Below the pieces are notes generated by a model. The model did not search any database. It had not been told where the DNA came from and saw only the letters and a list, made by a program, of their open reading frames with translations. From the NCBI GenBank assembly GCA_973851085.1, contig OZ316776.1, positions 3,782,001 to 3,846,000 of the forward strand: a stretch of DNA of 64,000 nucleotides, given 5' to 3'. Source of the stretch: Ptychomitrium polyphyllum. Lineage: Eukaryota. This document shows positions 52,801 to 64,000 of the stretch, piece by piece (the first letter of the stretch is position 1; each line of letters starts with the position of its first letter). A program made the position numbers and the translations under genes.

Positions 52801-55299
52801 CAGATTCACTCGAAATCGCGCTGCTTTCATAAAGTCTGTATACAACTTGTGGGACGAGCTTTACGACCTTTAGAGTACAGGTAGAGAGCCGAAACGTAGA
52901 ACCCCTGTATTAGCACCTCAGGCCTTCATTACATTACATTCTTTGGACCAACTGATCACTGTCGCAAAGAATCGGCATCTGCCTCAGCATGTTGTTAGAC
53001 GGACGAAGATAGAATCCAGATATTCTTCCAAGCGGTCCTCCGGGGCTACATAAGAGGCTAGAGAACGCCACGTTGTTGAAGCCTATAAAAACACTGCTGT
53101 GCCTACTGCCTACTATCTTATTTCAAGTATATGATCATATCCAAATTTACGATGAGTGTAAGATACAAAGCCTTCGTTACAATTAATTGGTCTGGACAAG
53201 GAATTCAGAGTACCGCACAATGGTCGATTCCAAGTGCGTCCAATGTAATACTACAAATTACAATCTGGTTAAAATCAAGACTACCATTGATGCTCTATAC
53301 TACAGTAACTTTGGTGTTATGAGCGAGTCAGCGACTTCCTACAGTGTACATAATTCTCGCCATATTACATATGTCACTCATGTAGTCGCACTCATTTGAG
53401 ATCTGCGTTATCAAGTTCATGTGGTGCATGGAAGTTGCTCGATAAACTTTATGACCGGGCAACACTGCTAGGAAGACGTTTAGCAAGCAGTGCGTCTAGT
53501 TTAGTAATAGCACAAGCACAGCAACAACTATTCCAGGTTTAACTCTAGCTAACAGAAATTTCAGAAGTCGGTCTCAGACTTGAGTACAGGGAGTAACTTA
53601 TCAAAACAAACGCTTGAGTATTTTTTCGTTATTAGTTTATGTCTTGCAGATGTGGAAAGTCTAACGAATTCAATACACAGCAGCTAACTGAACGAGGCAA
53701 CACAAAGTCGTGGCTACAGCTTTAGAACGTCCCAGTAACTGAAAGTGGGAACAGTTGAACAGACTATCAACAACGTAGGTATTTCTGCGCAACACCCATT
53801 ACTTAATAATGCTGATAAAGTAACTAAGTCATGTACATGTACAAGTACTATATATTCTAATGTCCTACGCACTGCAAAAATGAAAACGAGCAAAATGATT
53901 AATAATAAAACAGACAGCTCCAACAAACTGAGTCACGTCAACGCAACGCTTTGACAAGATTCGACAATCTGTGTGGTGTCCCGGAATAGGCTTTAATAAG
54001 TTAAGAACGCTGCCGTGACGCAGATCGACAGGGATATGATTCCGTCCAAGACTAAGATCAGCTCGCTCATCGACAGCTGCATCGAATGTGTTGCAGAGAT
54101 ACTCAATGTCGACAGTGCATGGCTTACATGATAAATCCAAGCCTAAAAAGACGGCGCGATGACAGAATGGCGGTAATGGCCAGAAAAAAGAAGGCGACGA
54201 AGCCCAGGCCCAGGATGCCGCTGCTTTGTTGCAGAACCCAGAGTCCCTAAAGCGTCCCAGTGAATCCAGCGATATTTTCAATATTTGTGCTCACCATCAC
54301 ACCATTCGCACAAGATGCGCCAGCGGATATCAGAACGTGCGTTAACACCTGGTGCAATTAACTAAAAATGTCCAGCATCAGTACAGTTTCGATATTCAGA
54401 AAGCGTGAGAATTATGTACTCACAGAGTAGGTCAATAAAAGTAAACAGGAGTCGAATAATTGCAAGGAGATAAAAAAGAAACATAATCCACAGTACAACT
54501 TTGCTCCTAAACAAATTTATTGTCTAGAAGAGACAGTACTACATTGTAATCACGCAAAGAACGAATACCATAACATAAAATGTAGGCTCACAAGACCAGG
54601 ACAATCTCCTTCACAAGCCTCCATTTCAAATCCAGTCAAGCAGGGTACTCTGACATCCTCGACCAAACGAAAAGAAGAAAGCCTCAGCTTCAAGTTTTAA
54701 GACTCTACAGGACTTCGACGTGAGCCAGATCCAGAAGCAAGAACTCAGATAATGAGGATCATCATTCTTCCAACATCGAACATTCAAGTAGACACCAGCG
54801 ACCTGGTACGTCGGCGAAGGAGTTGCCTCTTAGTGAGGTTAGTAGCACGTTTAACATCAGATTCACTCACTACAGACCACAGCTGGAGTTTGTTCAAAAG
54901 CCTATATTGATCTTCTTTTTTCTTTACTCTACACTTCGGATTGTCATACCTTCTTTTAGAAACCTTCTAAAGAGAACTCGTAAGCGTCCGCATCTTATTA
55001 GCTATTCCACCGGGTTAGAAAAGGTTGATTTTGAGTTCCGACAAAATGCTATAGATTTTAAAATTAACACAAGAGTCATACAAAACTTCCAGTCATGGTG
55101 GTTTGCATTAGTCAAAGCTTCAACCTGCACAGAGCATGACTCCACGACATAGAAATCTACACTGACTCTTATGGTTCCATATCCCAATGCCATTGCAACA
55201 TCAACAGCACGAAGCAAGACTGATGAGATTGTACAGAGATTCTAATGGATAGAATAAATCCTTCACTTACTTCACAGTCCAAGTAATACCAACAATGGA

Positions 55300-56420
55300 C
55301 CTTGTAATACCTGTATTTAGTAGCCTCGAAAGGTCCCTTATGTTCTTTCCCTAGTAGTTAATGTAAGCACGTTTTAAGTTTATTATCTAACTCTCACTAG
55401 AAGTTAATGTAGGTCCTTGACTTTTAGAAAGTTCATGAGTTTTATGCTCATTGACTTGATCTTCTTTCACATAATTAGTGCATAACAAACTTAAAAATCT
55501 TAACTAAGTGAAGTTTTTCTCCTTAGAACTCTAATTTGCAAACATGAATGATCTATGGCAATTAAAAGAAGGAAGAAAAAATAAAAAAACGCCTCTTACT
55601 AAGGTTGTCTTATTAGACGGATATGGCTCTCAACTTATCTTTTTTTAGACCAAACTAACAAGCGGACATATCCATCCTAATGTTTGGAACATATAAGTTT
55701 GTGTAAAAAACTCCACATAGATGTTCCTTACTTGGACTCCTTTCATCTCCTTCCTTTACTTGTGTCTAGCTAGGGCTGCTTGCATGGCAGGCATCATGAT
55801 ATATTATGTGAATGTAAGAAGTCTAAATTCACTTCATCAAAGGTTAAACTATAGTTGATCCTTATCAAATAGACATGGGGCTAATTGCACATCCGGACAA
55901 ATAGACAACCTGGGGTGGATGGACGGACAAGTAAACAATCCTACCTATTACCAATCTATTGAAAAAAAACTCCAAATTTGATCTAGTGTATGACTTGCCT
56001 TGAATAAAGACTTTGTTCTTACTACTCAAATACACAATTTAATTTAATATGGACTATGGTATTACACTCTATATAGAATCTTTTTTTTCTCCTTACATGA
56101 ATTAGATTTCAATTAGATGCTTATAGATACTTTAATGTTGATAGATCAAGCTAAAATTTATTTGGTATATTTCCTTCAAAATCAAAAATATCTTAATAAT
56201 AAAATTATTGAGAGTAGGAATGATGTAAAGATCTAAATTCTTTTTACAAAAAGGTTCCAAATTGAAAAAATCATACTTTTTACATTTCCTATGAACTTAC
56301 TATAATTGTTTAACAAAACAAAACTATGGAATCAATATCAATACATTTTGAAGATTGGAAATGGATACATATTGATTATAGAAGGCATTCTCAAATAGGA
56401 TACAGAATGTTATGTTGGGT
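55300..56420. mobile_element. AT-rich decayed repeat or MITE-like block
   Basis: Compositional block with short internal repeats (tagtagttaatgta/tagaagttaatgta, ggacaa). Only weak terminal similarity (ggacc...ggtcc). Confidence 0.35.
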
Positions 56421-56994
56421 CCGAACCCAACAACGGACAAAATTCAGATTAAAACCAATCACAACGCAGCTGGTTTCGGCCATCCGGTCTTCGGAAGTGG
56501 CCCTTCCAACGCATATCTCTTGTCCATTTCCTGAGATACCCAACCTGGTAGCACGCGTGCATCAAATCAGTATTACCAGAGCATTACCTAGATATGAGGC
56601 GAGAAGCAGATGCTCAAAAATGCCCATGTATATGTCGAGTAGACCGGGCATACACAAAAAGCCTCCCACGATCTACTCGATACTAATATGATACCAGTTT
56701 TAAGTTACTGTATGCTGTTGTGATACCCGAGTTATATCCGGCTTTGTAGCACAAGATGTTATTTTACGTTGCAAAGTTGTGGCAGTTCTCGAAGCCCTAA
56801 CGCAGAGAGCAAGCTCGCTAAGGCGCCAGAAGTCGAGCTTAGGAGTTTCACTCTTCACGGCGAGGCAAGAGGACGACATTTCCAGGGTTTCGCAGAGGAG
56901 CGCCTTCGTTCTGCTTTTCCTCTTGTCGCCTTAGTGCTAGGTTCTACTCTTTTTGTTTTGCCGGTGGCAGGGGGTTTGCAAACAGTCGGGCGAC

Positions 56995-57258
56995 ATGGCG
57001 ACCAAGGTGCAGCGGATTATGACCCAGCCCATCAATCTTATCTTCCGTTTTCTGCAGAGCAAGTCGCGGATCCAGATATGGCTGTTTGAGCAGAAGGACA
57101 TGCGTATTGAGGGCCGCATCATCGGCTTCGACGAGTACATGAACTTGGTGCTCGATGAGGCGGAAGAGGTTTCGCTCAAGAAGAATACTCGCAAGTCGTT
57201 GGGTCGGATATTGCTCAAGGGGGATAACATTACGCTTATGATGAACACCGGGAAGTGA
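56995..57258 (+). CDS. SmE: Small nuclear ribonucleoprotein E (Sm-E), 87 aa, intronless CDS
   Basis: [58 protein letters not shown]...[19 protein letters not shown], the highly conserved Sm-E sequence. Confidence 0.98.
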   Translation: MATKVQRIMTQPINLIFRFLQSKSRIQIWLFEQKDMRIEGRIIGFDEYMNLVLDEAEEVSLKKNTRKSLGRILLKGDNITLMMNTGK

Positions 57259-59082
57259 GCATTGGCCGCGGCGTGAATGTACGTGTGCCGATTTATCCCT
57301 ATTTTTTGTTTCTTGGTTTCGGTTTCTCTGGTCTTTAGGGTTTAGAGGTTCTTATTGATGGGTTTTTCAACGTTTTTCTCTCACGTATGTTGTAGCGTCA
57401 GAATGCAAAGGGTTTCTGTTGTCAGCGTAAGTGGAGGTTCGTTGTGTACATAATCTGAGAAGTTGTTGATGAGAGAGGCCTGGGCGAGGTTTAGGGTTTT
57501 GGCCATGAGTACTGACAGAATGATCTTTGTTTTTCTGGTCTCGCTAAAGCGTTGTATGCATGGGGTTTTTCAATTTCTTATCCAAGGAAGCTGGAGGGGT
57601 CCATATGTTATGATTTTACTAGACTGAAGACGTTAATTACCTCGTAAATGGATTTTAAAGAGAAGAGGTTAGTAGATTAGCGAACATCAGTAAAACATTA
57701 ATAAATGAGATTTTAGTGGCCCTTACTTTTCTCGCTTTTGTGACATAGATTACGATACCGTGGTTTGCTAGGTGTTAGATAAGCTGGCTGGGAGTTTGAG
57801 ATCACTTGCATTGGGCTATTACATAGAAAATGACATAAAGTAATAGGTGTTCATATTTTGAAGCTGGAAAAAGTAAGATTAGGAAGTGCACTGTGTTCTT
57901 TCCCAGTTTTGTGCTGATAGCTACGTCCTGGGAGTATGTTGGTATACCTTCTGAGTGATGTTGTCATGTGCAGGTCACTGATGTACCATGACCGGAAGGA
58001 AAGGCATTCAGATGAGGTTTGCTGCTGAAGGTCTTGCAACCATCTCCCAAAAGGCAGCCTCATAGAAAGGAAATAGAAGTCAGTGTCTTGATGTTTTTTA
58101 GTCGTTTCTATTTGCTTAGCTTGGAAGGAATTTTATCCTGTGCCCTCCGCCGTGAACAATGACTAAATTAGAATTTACTTCAGAGCGTGCACTTTTGTGG
58201 CGAGAGCTTAGGAGCTTGTCAGAATTCTGTATTTGAATTACCAGGTTTTCTTTTCTGGATTTGCATTCCTGAAAATCTTCAGTGTGGGGCTGACGTCGTG
58301 AGGTGGATCGTTATTTGGGAATGGAAGTCTTGTACTCTTTTGACGAATTCTGCTAGAGATTGATAGACTAGAGTATAATCGATTGCATTTAAAGCAGTTT
58401 TATGCTTATCATTGACCTTCCATTCAGATCTGCTGTCTCCCATTATACTTAAAGGAGGAGTGTCCTACACTACACGGTGAAATCTTTGCCTTTTATATAT
58501 CCCAGGGATCATCCTTGGGGTTCTCCCATACCCTTATTCAGTCTTGTGATTTATTGGACCGTCCTTATTTACAGTTTGGCATAGACGTAGATCAAGTTTC
58601 AGAGAGCGGTTTTGATTGTCCACGTTCAATCGTGAAATTTGCACTAGACCCCAATCAGCTGTGTGGAAATTGCTAGGGCATATACCGGTCTGTTAGTTAG
58701 ACTTTGACATGAGTTGATTGGTACCTGTGCAGTCTGTAAGGCCGAGAATGAATAATTTATACACGGGAGTATGCGGTACGTACCTAGTATATGTTCCACA
58801 GTGCAAATCCAGCCTCCTATAGGGTGGAGATTGGGCCCCGCCATTTGTAGGTCAAATACACGAATTCATTCTTAAGGTCTCACCCTCCAATTACAACCAA
58901 TTGATACGTAGGCTAATTTAGCTTGTCATGCTTATGTCATGTTTGGTACGTGTGAGGCTTGTTTAAAGAGAAATTGCGAGATCAGCATCATGTATGCCTT
59001 GATCTTGTAAGTAGGACAGCTATCATCACTATTCCAACAGCTGTTTTTTAATGCTTGAATTCTGTGTAGGTTTGGATTAGAA

Positions 59083-59123
59083 TATGTTCACATTCTGAGA
59101 AGGTTCTTGAGAATGTGAACATA
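59083..59123. repeat. Inverted repeat with 14-bp perfect arms
   Basis: tatgttcacattct (59083-59096) and agaatgtgaacata (59110-59123) around a 13-nt spacer. Confidence 0.85.
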
Positions 59124-59299
59124 AACAAGATGAGTCCTCACTGTTTATCTTGTGACAGCTAAATGCAGCCTTCTAAGTGAAACCTACGATATAAAATACC
59201 TTGACTGCCATTCTAGCTGACAAGTGGGGAGAGGTATGGACTCAGCATGGGCCAGCGTGGTCATGCCAGTGTGGTGATGGGGTGATCTTGGTTATTCAC

Positions 59300-60530
59300 T
59301 ACCAAAAATAAGGGTTGACTAAGACGCTACAGTGTATTAAAAAGAGTGCTTTAGTAATCTTATTTATTTTAGGTAGTAATTATTGATTTTTTAAAGAGTT
59401 TTACATATTCTTCATTGATTTTGGTAAACACAAGCTTAATCAAGTGTCATATCTTATCAACTACATATATTAAATGATATATGGTTTAATTTTTCATAAC
59501 TATCTTAATTACCAATTGTTCAAAGTTCAAGAGATTCTTAATCAACATTACCTAAGGTCACTATTTTAATACTATATACACAAAATTCAACATTTGTAGA
59601 AGTAGAAGTGTTCTATAATTGTTTATTGAGGTGTATACAAAATAGAATAATGTTCTATCAATGTTAATCTAATTAAAGAATGTTATGAGAATTTATTTTT
59701 CCTCAATTCCATTGTGTATGACTTTGAATGCATATTTCCAAGCTCGTTCATTATCAAATATATTTACCATGAATATGTGTAATTGGTATATGTATGAAAC
59801 CATTCTATTTCCAAGCTATAAGCATTATAAAGTTAGAGTGGAGAAGCAAGTGTGTACATGATAAGCATATAAAAATAATAGTTGCAAAAGCAACAATATA
59901 AATAAAGCCCAATATTGTCTTCAATTTACTTAACTTCATATTCCTTACTTATCAAGTATTTATCAAGCCATGACTTAAAGCATTGGTGCTATTGGTATTG
60001 TTGACAAGGTATTTTCTAAAAGATAAAAAAACAATATGGACCTCTTAAATCCTTTCCAATTTTTTTCTAATTAATGTCCTTATATTGAAATTTGAGCATA
60101 ATAGGTATAAGATGATGAATAATGTTATAATTTTACAATATTTCACTTCTTTTTCAAGTCCTAGATAATTTCTACATTAGAAAAGAACCATCTAGTCTAA
60201 ATGCAATAATAATACAAGGTCATGCATCTGAAGAATATTATGACGTTTAACATCTAGATAATATACAATTAGGATTGATATAGTTTTTATCAAAGACATT
60301 TTTATATTCCTTCATTCAAAGGAATAATTTTACCTTCCAAAAAAACATACCATAGTTATACAATTAGTTTATCATTCCTTCACATATATTCTAATGTTTT
60401 TAAACATTTCTATAATGTCAAAACAAATAGTCTTCAAAATCTATTTTTTCCTTAACAACAAAACTAGAAAAACAATTTCTCATATCTTTATAAATCAAAT
60501 TTTAGAATGAACATATGACAACCCAGCTAT
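59300..60530. mobile_element. AT-rich decayed repeat block
   Basis: CpG-poor, AT-rich, no ORF. Confidence 0.4.
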
Positions 60531-63500
60531 GTGACTCGGATGCTTTTCTTTCTACAGTATGTATTCAGCAAAGGATGCTTTCAAGTGCTACCTCTTTGTT
60601 GCAAACGCAGCAATCATCCAATAAAGAATAGAGCTCCCAGTCACCACGGTAACAATCATCACATCTTTCACTCATTTGGAATAGTGACCCATAGCAGATG
60701 CACCAGAAGGATCAAGACAATCTTGAATAAACAAATATTTACTACTTACTACAAGCACTACACCATCTACTAGGAAACCACCTCACCTTTGTAGTAGCCT
60801 ACCATATAAGTTAGAGTCTACAACTACAAGTTCATAACAAGCATCCCCTCATTTTTGTTCCCTTCTCTGCTCCCAGTTGTCCTGGCCCTGGATTCACACC
60901 CACTCAGCAAAAGGGTGGAAATGCAGAGTAACAAGTTCAAAAGTGAATATTGATGCGGACACATACCAACCTGATTTGTTTGCCAAGAGTGAGCGTGATT
61001 CATGTTTATCATATTGAAGTTTGTTACTGCCATCAACTGCTCCCCTACAGATAGTCCTGCACAGTGGTGTTATGATAGTGCTCCTGATGATGGAACGTCC
61101 TTTGGCAGGACAATAGCCCTGGGACCTAGAAGCTAAGCCTCCTCACAGTTGGAAAAGGCGGCGGCGAATTTTCCCTATCCTCTTTCGTAAAATCATTGCA
61201 GCCGCAGATTTGCAATTTGGTTCCCCTAGAGACAATTATGGGCAGGGCCCACAAACATTAAATGGCTGGATCAGAGACGTCTTGAATCCCCTGAACCGCA
61301 TGGTTTAAGTTGCATCGAACTCATTGAATCCAATCGACATGAAAAGACTGCCCTTGCCGATTCAGGCAGGCTCATCAAATCTCTGCTAATTCAGAGGCAA
61401 TGATCTGCTCCATCATGGTGGAATCATTGTAATATATTATATTAGCTCTCCCTACAAATTTAGCCAAGGCAGAGTACGCTCCGAGAATGATCTATTCTAG
61501 CCTTGATAGCCTTGGTTTGTCAGCTGGATCATCGCCGGTGGGGTTAACATATTGGTAACGGCTGGAGTCCGTGTTGCTTTGAGACCAAAGCTTATATTTT
61601 CGTGTGTTCAGCCTTAAGAGTTGAGGTCATGTTGTGAATTGCGAGACGAGGCAGGACGGTTGCCGGTTCAACGATGGTACAGTACTAGTTCATGTATGGG
61701 GACCCAGAGTTGTCCAGAGCTGGCCAGTTGGGGGGCATGACTGGTGGTGGTGACAGGCGGGTTGCTGTGGCCCAGTGAACTACGTAAGAAACGATCCAGG
61801 CGATGCAGAGCTGGTGGCAGCAACGCTACCTCTGCTCATGTGTGTGTCGTTATTTCTGGATGCTTCATCAAGTGATCTACTTACACCTGCTCTGGGGTCC
61901 TCTGATTGTTATGTTTGTGACTCTTGATAATCCTTGTCGTCTCACTCGCTTTCTCTCTTCACTTGGTGTTTGCATGATGGACTGCAAGTTTGACTGTAAC
62001 AGATGCTCTTTCTTGGGTTGAGCTCAAGAGGATGCAAGTCACAAGTTTGTTGTTGACAAGCTTTGAGTGCTTTGGTGAAGTGCCTGTTAAAGTGTGGATC
62101 AAGTGAGCTTTAGTGAGTCATAGAGATAGAGTTCGTGATGTGTCTCTATCTGTGGAAACTGGGAGACCGATTATGATCAACCAGCAGATCGTGAATATCC
62201 TTCTTGAGTCTTGCTGAGCCATGCGAATTCCGGGAACATGAATTTGATGGAATCTTTGGATGAGCTAACGGAAGAGAAGGACAAGTTTAATGTAGAAATA
62301 GACCGAGACATCCTTGACAAGTTCATTTCTCATGACATTCATCTAATGGGGCCCCTCAAGCTGGGCCTTGAAGGTATACTTTTCCTGTCCATCGTGGACC
62401 TGATCAGCCTTTTTGAAGGAAAGCCGGTTGGTAGGTTCACATTGATTTTCTTGTTTATGAATGCCTTGATGTTTTTTGAGGCTCTTCAGCGTCAGAGGGT
62501 TTTAGATGTTGAGTCTCTTGAAGGTGTGGAAGGTTAAGGCTGAGCAATTGAAAATTCACAAGCTGTCGACATTGTCAAATACCTCTGCCCTAATGTACTA
62601 ATGCATATTCAACTCAGCATTAAGATTTTTTGATATTTCGCCAATGAGGAGAATACCTTTTTAAATTTCTTCCACTCCGGACAGAACCCCGAAATCACTT
62701 TGTCCAAATGCTCGATATAACCATTCTGGTCCCACCCAAACAATTACAGATTTAGTGTACATGGAAGGTTCCGTGGAGGAGAAGAAACGAATATTTCACT
62801 AGGTGGCTGTTGCATGCTCTCTATCGCTCCCCACATATAATTCCCGTTGCCATATCCCAAGCGGAGAGAATCATTTCGTCTTCGTTTCGTCTTCTCTAGA
62901 AGTGATGATGATGAGTACTTACCAATCAATAGGATTATCATTTCAATAAAACTTGTTCTAAATAGTACTGTTCAAGGGGTTTGTCAACTCCTTTTACTAA
63001 TCCTACTACTGCTGGCTGTGATCCCTTTTGAAGTACGTCGGCTAGCTTAGCTTTTGGCTGTAAACTGAGTCACTGACTTACAAGCGGCGGAGCTGAGGCC
63101 TATCTGTGAGTAGTACTTTCTTCTTTGGGAAGCCCGCCCTCAGACAGTGTTGTCGAGATAGGATTGAAAAACGCTCCTTATTCGATCTCTTTAGTTGGTA
63201 TTCCACCGAAACTTCTATAAGGGGTCCAGTGGAAGAGAGTACACCTTGTCTTGCACCTTTGATGAGTTTGGATTCAACTCGAGACACTGAGCCACTTGGT
63301 GTGTTACAGATCATTTCAATTCTGAGTTACATGTGTGTATGAAGGTCATTCAGTCCACAGAGGGTTATGAGCTGCTTCATGTGATGGCCTTGTCTGAATT
63401 GAATACACTTGCACCTTGTAAATAGGATACTGTCGATCGAGTGAAACTAATCTACTGATATTGCGTCACTTGATCAATTATGCGGGTTAAAGTTTTTGCT

Positions 63501-63664
63501 AGTAGTAGTTTTGTTGTAGACATGAGATTTGTTTTTTCGTCAAATGCTTCTTGGCATTAGTGGCGGGTATGTAGGAAGAAAGCTGTTGTTGACCGTTTTT
63601 AACGTTGATGCAAAAACTAATCTGTTCTTTCTCCGAAAGCTGCAGGTTTGACGAACGCCCAGTA

Positions 63665-64000
63665 ATGGTAGAGAACGGTGCAAGAATGAACCCGGAGGAG
63701 CGGGCACTGAAAGGGCCTCAGGATAGTGCGCAGTTCTTAAATGGCCATGAGCCTCCTCCACCACCAGCCAGGCGGTTGGCCATTTTCTCATGGACCACTT
63801 TCTCAGTTGCGATCAATTTTGCACTTCTGGCAATGATGTTTGTGCAACCATCTTTACCTTCAGATTGGTTTTCCAAATCCCAGCTCTTTCTAGAAGAGCA
63901 TCTCAAGAAGACCAATGGAAGTGCAAACTCGTGCAACAACTCAAAGTCTGACGGAGTTCTCTGTTTACCTCGCCCTGCCAACCCACGCTTATCTTCGTCC
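63665..64000 (+). CDS. 5' part of a type II membrane protein gene, possibly tryptophan aminotransferase-related (TAA1/TAR, alliinase family); truncated by the window end
   Basis: 112 codons open to the window edge: MVENGARMNPEERAL...PPPPPARRLAIFSWTTFSVAINFALLAMMFVQP...SANSCNNSK. Preceded by a pyrimidine-rich acceptor (ctgcag ending 63645). The TM segment resembles the SW...SLAINFSL anchor recalled from Arabidopsis TAR2. No catalytic domain is visible. Confidence 0.6.
   Translation, partial: MVENGARMNPEERALKGPQDSAQFLNGHEPPPPPARRLAIFSWTTFSVAINFALLAMMFVQPSLPSDWFSKSQLFLEEHLKKTNGSANSCNNSKSDGVLCLPRPANPRLSSS

Noticed and set aside
62211..62537. 108-aa ORF faintly like a Ulp1 protease segment
   Set aside because: Non-ATG start, no catalytic His/Cys motifs and no supporting exons.

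Overview
Eukaryotic nuclear DNA from a land plant, probably a bryophyte or other non-seed plant (inferred from gene content, intron-rich genes and repeat style). Gene islands alternate sharply with AT-rich, CpG-poor blocks of decayed transposon DNA. Spliced genes were reconstructed by hand with phase-consistent GT-AG introns: a plastid trigger-factor N-domain protein (8 exons, one a 14-nt micro-exon), an atypical FatA-like acyl-ACP thioesterase, a PMEI-PME pectin methylesterase, a tandem array of three UDP-glycosyltransferases (one intact, two pseudogenes), a phi-class GST lacking the usual catalytic Ser, and CCB1. Two CDSs are intronless: a PPR-like mitochondrial protein and SmE. A membrane-anchored ORF, possibly TAA1/TAR-like, runs off the window end. 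Mobile DNA includes a Ty3/gypsy integrase relic, a probable solo LTR and a GCM/MULE-like relic. The most notable observations are a 481-bp identical tract shared by the intact UGT and a pseudogene, and active-site-divergent FAT and GST enzymes flanking the UGT array. No clearly novel system is proven. Family assignments come from recalled motifs, not database searches.
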